Positions 16,619 through 27,000 of a DNA stretch of 64,000 bases are shown here, piece after piece. Made by a program: the position numbers and the translations under genes. The notes below the pieces were generated by a model. That model saw nothing but the letters and a program-made list of their open reading frames with translations. It did no database searches and was not told the origin of the DNA. The first letter of the stretch is position 1, and the number at the start of each line of letters is the position of its first letter. The stretch comes from Myxococcota bacterium (lineage in GTDB: Bacteria > Myxococcota_A > UBA796 > CAJQPC01), in the NCBI GenBank assembly GCA_036012755.1, contig DASCPX010000037.1, forward strand, positions 1 through 64,000, written 5' to 3'.

Positions 16619-19242
16619 CAGAGGTAGCCCTCGATCTCGATGCCCGGTGAGGGGATGAAGGGGAGGCTGCCCACGTAGACCGACTCGGTGTAGTCGTAGT
16701 TGAAGAGGAGGAACTCGGGGTTGTCGCCCTTGTAGACGTTCAGCAGGTCCAGGTAGAGGTTCATCCTCCAGGTCTTGAACGTCAGGCCCTTCTGGATGCG
16801 GGCGTCGACGGCATAGTAGGGCGGCATCCGCGCCGAGTTCCGCGGTCCTGTCGAGTAGGGCACCCAGTAGTCCAGATCGCCGTCCCAGATGGCCCCGTCG
16901 TAGGGGGTGTAGGGCCGGCCGGTGGTGTACTGGAACTTGGCGGACAGCTCCACCTCCCAGGGCAGCTCGTAGGCCCCCAGCGCGGTGAAGATGTGCGTCT
17001 GGTCGAAGTCGAAGAGGTAGGTGTCCTCGTCCTCGTAGTCCTTTCGCTCGCTGACGCTGTAGGTGTAGCTGAGCCAGCCGAAGAAGTTGCCCACGGGGTC
17101 CTTCCGGATCATCATCTCTCCGCCGCGGATCGAGCCGGTGCCGAGGTTGGCGTAGGCGTTGTCGTTTACGCCCTCCCACTCCGGGTTGAAGACGATGAGG
17201 CTCCAGAGGTCCTTGTAGAAGACCTCGCCGTCGACGTGGAGCCCGGGCACCACCTCGACCTCGAAGCCCGCGGTCGTGGCCCAGCTCTTCTCTACGTGCA
17301 TCTCGTAGTCGCCCTCCGACTGGTAGCTCTCGGTGGCTTGGGGCGGCTGGGTGTAGATGCCGGTGGAGGCCTTGATGTAGGCCCGATCGAGCAGGCGGAT
17401 CCTGGTCGCGATGCGTGGATCCCAGCCGGTCGTCGTGTACTGGCCGGGCACGTTCACGTAGGAGAAGCGGATGCCGGGCTGGACGTAGAGCCGGTCGAGG
17501 TCCTTCAGCGGCCTGAGGTGCAGCTTGAGGAAGGGGTCCGGCCCCCAGACCGTGCCGCTGTCGCTGATCCCCCAGTCCTCGCGCTCGGCGAGGGGGTCGT
17601 ACTCCCCGAAGCTGTCGGGTTCGATGGGGAGCTCGATCCGGAAGGTGTAGCCGCCGCCGATGTAGTCGACGCCTGGCACGACCTCGACGTGCTCGTTCAC
17701 GGTCCAGGGCATCGTGGCCCGGAGCTCCCAGAGGTAGAGGTCCTGCTCCATCCGGAAGGTCTGGCCCACTCCGAACTCGCTGTAGTCCCAGCCGATCGCC
17801 GGCGAGACCTGGAGGTGCAGCTGGTCGTTGATCCGGTGGTCCACCGTGCCGATGACGCGGTGGGTGAAGTAGTGGATCGAGAGGTCCCCCTGGGCGTCCT
17901 GGTCGGGGCCCTGGGCGTAGTCGTCTGGCGTCGAAAGCAGGAGCTTGTCGTCGAGCCCCATCCAGAACAGCGTGACCTTGGTGTTCTGCAGGCCGGTGTA
18001 GGTGTAGCGGAGCTGGTAGTCCATCCAGCGGGGGCTCGTGACGAAGCGCGTGCCGGCCCGCTCCTGGATCGGCCGGATGATGTAGTCGATGTAGCTGCGT
18101 CGGGCGGAGACGCCGATGTGGTGGTCCTTGGTCGGCCCCAGTCTCGCCTCGAAGAGCCCGCCGGAGTCGAGCAGATCTGTGGACCAGGTGATGTGGGGCT
18201 GCTCGGGGGCCTCCTTCTTGGTCGTGACGTCGATGACTCCGCCCAGTGTCCGTCCGTACTGCACGCCGTAGCTGCCGGGGAGGTAGTCGACCGACTCGAC
18301 CAGGTCGGGGTTGAGCACCGAGGCGAAACCGCCGAGGTGGTAGATGATCGGAATGCGGACGCCGTCGACGTAGACGCCGGTGTCCTCCGGGTTCGCCCCA
18401 CGGATGATCAACAGGCCCGTGGAGAAGGGACTGCGAGCAGCGCCGGGCAGGTTCTGGATGATCCGGATGGGATCACCGAAGGTGCCCGGGATGCGACGGG
18501 CTTCGCTCATGGAGATGGTCCGCCGCGTGACCTCGTCCTTGTTCTTCCGGTAGACGCCGACGGCGGCGTCGGCGGCGTAGGACTCGTTCTTGACCCAGAT
18601 CTCGGCGCTCGAGGCGTAGCCTTCGACGACCTCGACCGTGACCTCCTTGCTGGCCCAGCCCGGCCGGCTGACCAGGACGGTCTGGGCTCCCAGCGGCACA
18701 CCCCGGAACTCGAAGCAGCCGTCCTCGTCGGTCTCCGTGGCCATGAACGTCCCGGCGATGGCCACGCTCATCTCTGGCAGCGGCCGGCGCGTGGCCATCT
18801 CGAGGACGCAGCCCTCTACGTTGACCGGGAGCTCCGCTGGCTCCTCCTCGACGGGCTCTTCCGGCACCGCGCCCTCGACCTCGCTCGCGTCCAGGACGAA
18901 GCCGTAGTCGAACTCCAGCGCGACGGCTGTGGGACCGTTGGTGTCCTCGGCTGGTATGAACGTCATCTGCTCGACGGCCTTCACGGCGGCCTCGTCGAAG
19001 CCGTGCCCGGCAGGGCGAAGGACCTCGACGTAGGTGACGACCCCGGTCTCGTCGATCTCGATCAGCAGGCCGACGACGCCCTCGAGCCCGGCCTCCTCGG
19101 CCTCGGCCGGGTAGGGGGCCTGGATGTAGATGTTGATCTCGGGGCCCTTGACGATCGGGGGGAGTTCTTCGGCCAGGGGATCCTCGGCGGGCTCCACGGG
19201 AGGCTCCTGGGCCAGCGCCAGGGTCATCGACAGCCAGAGCAT
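16618..19242 (-). CDS. TonB-dependent receptor with N-terminal TonB-C domain and carboxypeptidase-regulatory-like domain
   Basis: YPAEA...GHGFDEAA (TonB-C); plug IPGTFGDPIRIIQNLPG, YVDGVRIP; barrel FDFDQTH, LDLLNVY. Confidence 0.88.
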   Translation of the reverse strand: MLWLSMTLALAQEPPVEPAEDPLAEELPPIVKGPEINIYIQAPYPAEAEEAGLEGVVGLLIEIDETGVVTYVEVLRPAGHGFDEAAVKAVEQMTFIPAEDTNGPTAVALEFDYGFVLDASEVEGAVPEEPVEEEPAELPVNVEGCVLEMATRRPLPEMSVAIAGTFMATETDEDGCFEFRGVPLGAQTVLVSRPGWASKEVTVEVVEGYASSAEIWVKNESYAADAAVGVYRKNKDEVTRRTISMSEARRIPGTFGDPIRIIQNLPGAARSPFSTGLLIIRGANPEDTGVYVDGVRIPIIYHLGGFASVLNPDLVESVDYLPGSYGVQYGRTLGGVIDVTTKKEAPEQPHITWSTDLLDSGGLFEARLGPTKDHHIGVSARRSYIDYIIRPIQERAGTRFVTSPRWMDYQLRYTYTGLQNTKVTLFWMGLDDKLLLSTPDDYAQGPDQDAQGDLSIHYFTHRVIGTVDHRINDQLHLQVSPAIGWDYSEFGVGQTFRMEQDLYLWELRATMPWTVNEHVEVVPGVDYIGGGYTFRIELPIEPDSFGEYDPLAEREDWGISDSGTVWGPDPFLKLHLRPLKDLDRLYVQPGIRFSYVNVPGQYTTTGWDPRIATRIRLLDRAYIKASTGIYTQPPQATESYQSEGDYEMHVEKSWATTAGFEVEVVPGLHVDGEVFYKDLWSLIVFNPEWEGVNDNAYANLGTGSIRGGEMMIRKDPVGNFFGWLSYTYSVSERKDYEDEDTYLFDFDQTHIFTALGAYELPWEVELSAKFQYTTGRPYTPYDGAIWDGDLDYWVPYSTGPRNSARMPPYYAVDARIQKGLTFKTWRMNLYLDLLNVYKGDNPEFLLFNYDYTESVYVGSLPFIPSPGIEIEGYL

Positions 19243-19973
19243 CAGTCCAGGGCCTTGATGGTGCACTTCATGGGGATGTTGGTGACCGCGATCGGCTCGC
19301 CGTCACGGAGGCCGGGCTTCCACCTCGTGCTGCGCCACTTCGCGATGCACTCCTCGTCGATGCCGAATCCGACGGTCCCCTTCATCCGGACCGCGGTCAC
19401 GCGCCCCTCCTCGTCGATGTCCACGTAGATGGTCCAGGTGCCCTCCAGCTCCGCGTCGATGGCGTCCTGGGGCACATCGAGCCTCGGGAGCGCGCGCACC
19501 TTGGGTTTCGTCGTGACGGAGGCGTAGGCAGCCTTCGCCCAGGTCGGGTCCTCATCCAGGCCCATCGTCTCGTCGGTGGCCTCTGTCGCCAGCGTCGTGC
19601 CCGCTCGCGCCGAGAGGCCCGTGCCGCTGCCCTTGGCGAAGCTGTTCGTGGACAGGCCCTGAACGACTCGGCGAGGCCGGATCTCCTCCGGCGGGGGGGG
19701 CGGCGGCGGCTCGACGGTCTCGGTGAAGTCGACCGGCTCTGGCTCTGGCTCTGGCTCGGGCTCTGGCTCCGGCTCGGGCTCTGGCTCGGGCTCGGCTTCG
19801 GGCTCTGGCTCCTGCTCGATGACCATCATCTCGACCCAGTCCTCGGCCGTGTCTCTCGAGACGTCGATGGACATCACCCCGTAGGCGGCGCCGGCGTGGA
19901 ACAAGATGGCCATGGCAGCTGCCGGGACGGCGCCACTCCACCAGCTCGACCCGCGCTCGTAGGGGGAGCGCAC
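19242..19973 (-). CDS. tonB: Energy transducer TonB
   Basis: N-terminal TM helix with His, (EP)n linker, C-terminal TonB domain (WKPGLRDGEPIAV). Confidence 0.85.
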   Translation of the reverse strand: MRSPYERGSSWWSGAVPAAAMAILFHAGAAYGVMSIDVSRDTAEDWVEMMVIEQEPEPEAEPEPEPEPEPEPEPEPEPEPVDFTETVEPPPPPPPEEIRPRRVVQGLSTNSFAKGSGTGLSARAGTTLATEATDETMGLDEDPTWAKAAYASVTTKPKVRALPRLDVPQDAIDAELEGTWTIYVDIDEEGRVTAVRMKGTVGFGIDEECIAKWRSTRWKPGLRDGEPIAVTNIPMKCTIKALD

Positions 19974-20411
19974 TCAGTTCGTCATTGTTCGGCCGGCTTC
20001 CGCCGTCGCCGGGTCGATGTTGATGGCGAACTTGGCGACGCCCTCCTGCTTCACCACGTCGAGCAGCCACACCACCCGCCCGTGGGGCACGTCGGTGTCT
20101 GCGGCGATGAGGCAGGTGATCTCTTCGTCCTGGGCTTGGGCCTGGCGGATCGTGGCCCGCAGCGTGCCCTCGTCGATGGGCTCGCCGTCGAGGTGGAGCA
20201 GGCCGTCGCTGGTGAGCTGGAGGCCGAGGCTCGTGAGCTCGCTGGCGTCACCGGTGGCGGCCTCGGGCAGGGTCACCTTGATGCTGGGAGCGACGATGTA
20301 GGTCGCCGTCACCATGAAGATGATGAGGACGACGAGGATGATGTCGACCAGGGGCGTGATGTTGATGTCGACGATCGGGTCGTTGTCAGCGCCGCCGAGC
20401 TTCGCAGCCAC
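19974..20411 (-). CDS. exbD: Biopolymer transporter ExbD/TolR
   Basis: INITPLVDIILVVLIIFMVT, IAAD motif. Confidence 0.92.
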   Translation of the reverse strand: MAAKLGGADNDPIVDINITPLVDIILVVLIIFMVTATYIVAPSIKVTLPEAATGDASELTSLGLQLTSDGLLHLDGEPIDEGTLRATIRQAQAQDEEITCLIAADTDVPHGRVVWLLDVVKQEGVAKFAINIDPATAEAGRTMTN

Positions 20412-21086
20412 TCATGCCCCCTTCTGCGCGAGCGCCACGGCCTCTGAGGGCTCGGCGTCGTTCGGAGTCGCCTTGAGTCGGGCGAGGACGAGGTGCGAGA
20501 GGCTCTCCACCCTGCTCATCAGCTCCTTGATCCGGCGCTGGAAGAAGTTGTAGAGCACGACCGCCGGGATCGCGACCATGAGACCGATGGCGGTGGCGAC
20601 GAGCGCTTCGGAGATCCCGGCCATCACGGCCCCGGCGCCCTCCGGATCGAGCTGGGCCAGCTCGTTGAAGGCCGAGATGATGCCGAGCACCGTGCCGAAC
20701 AGGCCGATGAAGGGGGCGTTGCTGCCGGTGGTCCCGAGGATGATGAGCCAGCGATCCAGCCGCATCTTCTCGAAGACCATCGTGCCGGCGATGGCCTCCT
20801 CTGCGGCGTCCGGCCCGTGCTTGGATGCCTCGATACCGGCGGCGAGGACCCGGGCTTCGGCCCCGTTCATGCCGTCGAGCTCGCGGCGGAAGTCCCCCGC
20901 GTCTCCCGCGGCCAGGTATTTCGTGATGGCTTCCTGGAGCTTCCCGCTGGGGGTCGTGTTCAGGACCAGGTAGATCCCGCGCTCGACGGCGACGGCCACG
21001 CAGAGCACGGAGAGGCCTACCAGGAGCCACAGCACCCAGCCTGCGCCGAGGAGGGCAAACGCCAGCATTCTTTCTTCGAGCGACAC
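20412..21086 (-). CDS. exbB: MotA/TolQ/ExbB proton channel
   Basis: APFIGLFGTVLGII, GISEALVATAIGL. Confidence 0.92.
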   Translation of the reverse strand: MSLEERMLAFALLGAGWVLWLLVGLSVLCVAVAVERGIYLVLNTTPSGKLQEAITKYLAAGDAGDFRRELDGMNGAEARVLAAGIEASKHGPDAAEEAIAGTMVFEKMRLDRWLIILGTTGSNAPFIGLFGTVLGIISAFNELAQLDPEGAGAVMAGISEALVATAIGLMVAIPAVVLYNFFQRRIKELMSRVESLSHLVLARLKATPNDAEPSEAVALAQKGA

Positions 21087-21226
21087 TCGGCGACTCCTCA
21101 GCTACTGCCCTTGCGGCGAATGTTACGGCACCAGGCGCGGGTGCGTGCCGCCGACCTTTGGACACTCTCGTCACGCCTCGCCGAAAGGGAAGTCCGCCCA
21201 TCGAGCCCCCTTCCCCGGGTCAGGGC

Positions 21227-22192
21227 TCATTCACGAGGTCCAACGTATGGACCCACGACTCCGCTTCGCCAGGTTCCGATGCCGAACCAGGCCACGTTGC
21301 GGTACCCACGGGCACCGCCGATCGCCCAGTCGGTGCTGAGGGGCAGCTGCCTGCCGCCGAACCAGGGCAGGGCGAAGAGCTTCACCTCGAAGCCGGCCGG
21401 GGCTTCGTAGCCGGAGGCCAGGCCTTCGACCGAGAGCCCGGACTCCACCGCGCCGACGACGACGAGGTCGAGCGCCATGCGCGCGGGCAGGCCGAAGGCC
21501 GGGTCCTGGCCGATCCAGCCTCCTCCGATAGCGAGCTCCGGAGGCATCACGGCGAGGGATGGCGCGCCGTCGACCTCTTCGGACAGGGCGGCGTTCATGC
21601 GGCTGCGCCAGGCCACCGCCAGGCTCCAGCCGGCGGCGCACATCACGACGCCGGTCTCGAATCCGCGGCCCGAGTAGCGGGCGTCGAGCTCGGGCGTCCG
21701 AAGGTCGACGGCGGCTGTGCGGTAGCCGACACCGAAGACGACGTTGCCGTCGCTCCAGGACCAGGCGCCGACGGCGTGCCCTTCCTGGGCGCGGACGAGG
21801 CGCTGTTCGCGCGCGTAGCGGGTGGTGGAGTAGACGAGTCCGCCGGCGCCGTTGTTGACGACGAAGGTCCCGCCGAGGCTCAGGACCCCACCGGTCCAGG
21901 TCTCCTCGGGCAGCCCGAGGTCGCCTGCGCCGATGCCGGTCAGCTGGGAGAAGGTCGACAGGGTCATCGTCATCGTCCCGGTCACTCGAGCTCGGCTCTC
22001 GACCGGCCGCATCGCGGGGGCCGAGGGGTGGGCGAACACGCCCTTCGCACCCGTCGCCCAGGCCAGTCCAGCGCTGCCCATGCCGATGCTCTCGGCGGAC
22101 ACCAGCGGCACGCTCCTGGAGAGATCCAGCGCGGGGCTCTCTTGTGCCAGAGCCAGCGGTATCAGCGCGAGCACAGCGGCTTGACACCCCAT
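21227..22192 (-). CDS. Hypothetical secreted protein, possibly a FadL/PorV-like beta-barrel
   Basis: Hydrophobic leader ending ALA-Q; SIGMGSAGLAWA...HPSA resembles the FadL/PorV N-terminus; start may be GTG 22174. Confidence 0.5.
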   Translation of the reverse strand: MGCQAAVLALIPLALAQESPALDLSRSVPLVSAESIGMGSAGLAWATGAKGVFAHPSAPAMRPVESRARVTGTMTMTLSTFSQLTGIGAGDLGLPEETWTGGVLSLGGTFVVNNGAGGLVYSTTRYAREQRLVRAQEGHAVGAWSWSDGNVVFGVGYRTAAVDLRTPELDARYSGRGFETGVVMCAAGWSLAVAWRSRMNAALSEEVDGAPSLAVMPPELAIGGGWIGQDPAFGLPARMALDLVVVGAVESGLSVEGLASGYEAPAGFEVKLFALPWFGGRQLPLSTDWAIGGARGYRNVAWFGIGTWRSGVVGPYVGPRE

Positions 22193-22209
22193 CGGGTCCT
22201 GCTTACCTC
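22181..22209 (+). promoter_or_regulatory. sigma70-type promoter for tRNA-Cys
   Basis: Perfect TTGACA, 16-17 nt spacer, weak -10 (TTACCT or TACCTC), ~12 nt before the tRNA. Confidence 0.5.
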
Positions 22210-22220
22210 AGCGGCCGTCT

Positions 22221-22292
22221 GGCGACGTAGCCAAGTGGTAAGGCAAAGGTTTGCAAAACCTTGTATCACCGGTTCGACTCCGGTCGTCGCCT
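22221..22292 (+). tRNA. tRNA-Cys(GCA)
   Basis: Acceptor GGCGACG/CGTCGCC, anticodon arm AAGGT-TTGCAAA-ACCTT, GGTTCGACTCC T-arm; CCA not encoded. Confidence 0.95.
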
Positions 22293-22321
22293 CCTCACGC
22301 TTCGCTCTTCTCGTGCGCCCC

Positions 22322-23026
22322 ATGCTGACGGTCGTGGTCCTAGCCAGGAACGAAGCGGACCGCATCACGGCTGCCGTGAGCAGCGGCCTCGAGGTCGGGC
22401 CAGTGCTGGTGCTGGACTCCGGCTCCACTGACGACACCGTCGCCCTCGCCAGGGCAGCGGGGGCCGAGGTCGTCCAGACCGACTGGCCGGGCTTCGTCGA
22501 GCAACGCAACCGGGCGCTCCAGCGCGTCGAGACCGAGTGGGTGCTCTTCCTCGACGCCGACGAGCGCCTCGAGGGCTTCGCCGCGCCCTCCGGAGAGCAT
22601 GACGGCTACCGCCTCCGGCGAGCCAACTCCTGGCTCGGTCAGGCCGTCGGGTACGGGACCTTCGGGAGCGACCGACCGCTGCGCCTGGTCCGTCGAGCGC
22701 GAGCCCGCTGCGAGGGCCGGGGGGTCCACGAGGTCCTCGTCGTCGAGGGCTCCGTCGGCACCGCCGCTGGGGTGATCCGCCACGAGCCCTACCGCGATCT
22801 CGGAGAGCACCTCGCCACCATCGACCGGTACTCCCGGCTCTTCGCGGAGTCCTCCGAGCGACGGGCTGGCTGGTGGGACGTCGTGCTCCGCCCCCCTCTA
22901 CATTTCGTGAAGGCCTATCTACTGAAGCTCGGCTTTCTCGATGGGGTGGTCGGTCTGCAGCTCGCGTGGCTCGGGTCGATGCACGTGGCGCTCAAGTGGG
23001 GGCGGTTGTACGCCAGAAGGCAATGA
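22322..23026 (+). CDS. Glycosyltransferase family 2 (WaaE/KdtX-like)
   Basis: LDSGSTDDT, LFLDADE, VHE, GFLDG. Confidence 0.88.
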   Translation: MLTVVVLARNEADRITAAVSSGLEVGPVLVLDSGSTDDTVALARAAGAEVVQTDWPGFVEQRNRALQRVETEWVLFLDADERLEGFAAPSGEHDGYRLRRANSWLGQAVGYGTFGSDRPLRLVRRARARCEGRGVHEVLVVEGSVGTAAGVIRHEPYRDLGEHLATIDRYSRLFAESSERRAGWWDVVLRPPLHFVKAYLLKLGFLDGVVGLQLAWLGSMHVALKWGRLYARRQ

Positions 23027-24027
23027 ACGTCGCCCTCGTCCATCGCCGCTTCACGACACAGGGCGGCACCGAGCGCTTCCTGGTCGGGTTGGCACGGTAC
23101 CTGCTCGATGAGGGCCACATGGTCCACGTCTACTGCAACCGCGTCGACACCCCAGAGCCCCGGATCCACTTCCACCACCTGCCCATGCTGCGGCCGGCGA
23201 AGGTGCTCAGTCTCTGGCGCAGCGCCGGCGGCGTCGCCCTCGCGGACCACGACGTCGTGCTCGGGCTCGGGCGACACACCCCTCACGACGTCTACCGAGC
23301 CGGCGGAGGTGCGCACGCGGCCTACCTCGAGGCCTGCCGTCCCAACTGGCGATGGAACCCGGCGGCTCGCCTGGAGGTCAGACTCGACAGGGCCGCGGTG
23401 CGCTCCGCGAAGGCCGTCATCACCCCCTCGCGGCGCGCTGGAGAGGACCTCGTCGAGCACTATGGACTGCCTCCGGATCGCCTGCGCGTGATCCACAACG
23501 GCGTCGACACCGAGCGCTTCCAGCCCCGGGCCTGGCGGCGGGAGGGCAGGCCGCGCCTGGTCTTCCTCGGCACCGGCTTCGCTCGCAAGGGGCTCGCCGA
23601 GGCCGTCGAGGTGGCCACGCGCCTCGGGGCCACCCTGGACGTCATCGGCACCGACGTCCGGCTGGAGTCCTGGCGCCGGAACCGTCCAGGGGTGCACTTC
23701 CACGGCGCCGTCGAGGCCGTCGAGGAGCTCCTGCCCCAGTTCGACGCGATGCTCCTGCCCACCCGCTACGAGCCTTACGGGAACGCCTGCCTGGAGGCGA
23801 TGGCCTGCGGTGTGCCCCCCGTGACCACCTCGGTGAACGGGGCCTCTGAGGTGTTCCCCGACGGGCGGCTCGTCGCCGACGACATCGAGGGCCTCGCGGA
23901 GTCGGTGCGCCATGTCCTGGACTCTGGACAGACCTTGCGCGACCGCTGCCGGGACCGGGCGCTGGACCTCCCGCGTGACCGGGCCTACAAGGCGGTGATG
24001 AACGTGCTGATGGATGCTCGGCGATGA
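23023..24027 (+). CDS. Glycosyltransferase family 4 (WaaG-like)
   Basis: GGTERF, IHNGVD, RKGL, YEPYGNACLEAMACG. Confidence 0.88.
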   Translation: MNVALVHRRFTTQGGTERFLVGLARYLLDEGHMVHVYCNRVDTPEPRIHFHHLPMLRPAKVLSLWRSAGGVALADHDVVLGLGRHTPHDVYRAGGGAHAAYLEACRPNWRWNPAARLEVRLDRAAVRSAKAVITPSRRAGEDLVEHYGLPPDRLRVIHNGVDTERFQPRAWRREGRPRLVFLGTGFARKGLAEAVEVATRLGATLDVIGTDVRLESWRRNRPGVHFHGAVEAVEELLPQFDAMLLPTRYEPYGNACLEAMACGVPPVTTSVNGASEVFPDGRLVADDIEGLAESVRHVLDSGQTLRDRCRDRALDLPRDRAYKAVMNVLMDARR

Positions 24028-27000
24028 GGCGGATCCTGTCTCGTGTCCTGGCCGCGGGTGTGGTCCTCGCGCTGTTGTCCTCGGTCGCTGCGGTCTTCGG
24101 CTACGACCGCTACGTCGTCGAAGACCCCGGCGAGCACCTGGAGGAGGCCTACATCCGGGCCCTGATCACCCAGGAGTCCCCTGTCTACTACCGGGACGGG
24201 CGCACCCGCCTGGGGGTCTTCTTCGCCGAGGAGCACCGTCACTACGTCGAGTACGAGGACATCCCGAAGGACTGGACCAACGCCATCGTCTCGGCCGAGG
24301 ACCAGCGCTACTGGACGCACCCGGGTGTCGACAGCGTCGGGCTCGCGCGCGCCATGATCCAGAACGTCAAGGCGGGACGGGTGGTCTCCGGCGGCTCCAC
24401 GCTGACGATGCAGACCTCTGAGAACCTCTTCCACCCGGGCACCTACGATCTCAACGGCAAGCTCTTCGAGGTGCTCGACACCCTCCGGCTGGAGGCCCAC
24501 TACTCCAAGGAGGACATCCTCGAGTTCTACGCGAACCAGTTCCATGTCTATGGAAACGGGCGGGGGCTGGGCATCGCCGCGCGCTACTTCTTCGACAAGG
24601 ACGTCTCCGAGCTGAGCCTGCACGAGTGCGCTTTTTTGGCCGGCCTCGTCAAGATCCCCGGGCGCTACAACCCCTTCATCGGGAAGACCGACGAGGACCG
24701 CCAGACGGCCAGGGACCGCGCCCAGGAGCGGACAAACTACGTGCTCGGGCGCATGGTCATCGACGGCCACGTCGACGCGAAGGTGGCCGAGGAGCTCTAC
24801 GACGAGCCGCTGCCCTTCAAGCGCGGCACCTTCCGCTACGACTCCTCGATCCTCATGGACGAGGTGGAGCGGCAGCTCGAGCAGGAGCCCTTCCCCTCGT
24901 TGCTGGCCAGCGCCGGCATCGACAACCCGGCGACCTCGGGCATCCAGGTGGTGACCACCCTCGACGTGGCGGCCCAGCGCGGGGCCACCTACGGCCTCTG
25001 GCATCACCTCTCGGAGGCCGGCCCGGCGATGGAGGACCTCGAGCCCACTGCCTTCATCCACGGCGCGGAGCACGCCCCGAAGCCAGATCCCAACGACGTG
25101 CCAGGGGCCCGCGAGTTCCGCTACGCCGTGGTCGGCGCTCACGGTGACGAGGGCTACGAGCTGGACCTCGGAGGGCATCCCGGGCGGCTGGACGATGTCG
25201 GCTTCGAGCGCGCGGTCAAGCTCCTCGCCGTCGCCCAGCAGTCGAACCGCTACCCCATCGTCAACGACGTCACCCGGGCGAAGGTCTCGGACGTGCTGAC
25301 ACAGGGGGCGGTGGTCTGGGTCAGCGTGCGCGAGGCGAAGGACGGCGTCTGGCTCTGCGATCTCGAGGTCCGACCAGAGCTCCAGGGCGCGGTCGTGGTG
25401 CTCGAGGACGGGCGCATTCGGGCGATGGTCGGCGGCAACGACAACCGCAACTTCAACCGGGCCTCGACGGCGCGGCGGCAGCTCGGATCGACCTGGAAGA
25501 TCCTGATCTACGACGCCGCCTTCCAGCTGGGCTGGGCGCCGACGGACGCGCTGGACAACCGGCGGGCGGTCTTCCCCTTCACCAGCACCTGGTACTACCC
25601 GCGGCCGGACCACAAGAGCGAGGACTTCGTCTCCATCGGCTGGGCTGGCGTGCGCAGCGAGAACCTCGCCACCATCTGGCTGCTCTACCACCTCACCGAC
25701 CGGCTCAACCCCGAGCAGGTCCGGCGGCTCGCCGAGCTCACGGGGCTGTCCCAGGCCGAGGGCGAGTCCCGTACGCAGTACATCGAGCGCATCAGGGACG
25801 ACAACGGCGTGATCGCCACCCGGGACCGCATCGACGACGCGCTCTTCGGCGCAGTGAAGGAAGAGGTCATCGCGGATCTGGCCTTCACCGGCCATCCCGA
25901 GGACGCCGTCGAGCTGCGCTCGCTCCACTACGGCCGCGGCTTCGTGGCCGAGCGCGCCAAGCAGGCAGAGGCCGTGCGGCTCCGGGCCCTGGACCACAAC
26001 TTCCTGCGGCTCGAGGCGATGGCAGAGGTCTGCCGCGAGCAGCACGAGATCCTCCGCTCTGCGAAGGGGCCGATCGATCCCTCGCTGGTGCCCGATCTGA
26101 CGGTTCGGCCGACCGCTCGCGGCTTCCGCGTGAACTGCTTCACCTCCCCGGAGGGCTGGGCTCCGGCTGGCGAGGACCTCGTGCATCGCCTCGGAGCTCC
26201 GGGGTTGCCCCCGGTCATGGCGGACCCGCTGATCGACGGGTTGCTGCACGCCTCGACGCTGGAGGCGACTCGCGACGCCATGGCGCGAAAGGGGGAGCAG
26301 CTCGAGATCTACGAGCCCTACGACCCCGAGTTGCTCTACCTCCACCCGGACTTTCGCCTGATCCTGGGCCTGCGCTACGTCGCGGGACTCGCGCGCGAGA
26401 TGGGCGTGCAGGAGGAGATCCCGCCCGTGTTGTCGATGCCGCTGGGTGCGATCGACGTCTCGCTCGTCGAGGCCGCCGGTGTGTACCAGGGCTTCCTGGC
26501 CGGAGAGGCATGGCGCTTCCCTGGCAAGGGCTTCGAGCCTGGCACGGTCCCCGGCACCCGCTCGACCTTCAAGGTGCCCGAGCAGGAGGTCCCCGCCTTG
26601 CTGATCGCGGAGATCCGTGACCGGGAGGGCAACGTGATCTACCGGGCCGATCCCAAGGCGGAGAGAGTCGCCGACGACATGGCCGGAGTCCTCACCGTCG
26701 ACATCCTCCGCAATGTCGTGCAGTACGGCACGGGGCGGCGGGCCCTGTCCGTCGCCTCCGGCTTCCCCCTTGGAGGCAAGACGGGCACGACCAACGACTA
26801 CAAGAACGCCGCCTTCGTCGGGCACGCGCCGAAGGCGAACCGGGACGACGAGATCCACCACGACCGCGCCTACACCGTGGCCGCCTACGTGGGCTACGAC
26901 GACAACCGCAAGATGGTTCGGGGCAACATCAAGCTGCAGGGCGCCAGCGGAGCGCTGCCAGCCTGGATGGGCACCGTGCAAGCGCTCTACGATGCCGGTC

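Noticed and set aside
19735..19812. GGCTCT/GGCTCG hexamer tandem repeat
   Set aside because: It encodes the ordinary (EP)n linker of TonB.
19974..21086. exbB/exbD called as the aglR/aglQ/aglS gliding motor
   Set aside because: Only one ExbD-like gene is present, and the pair is coupled to tonB and a receptor, which fits a generic Ton system better.
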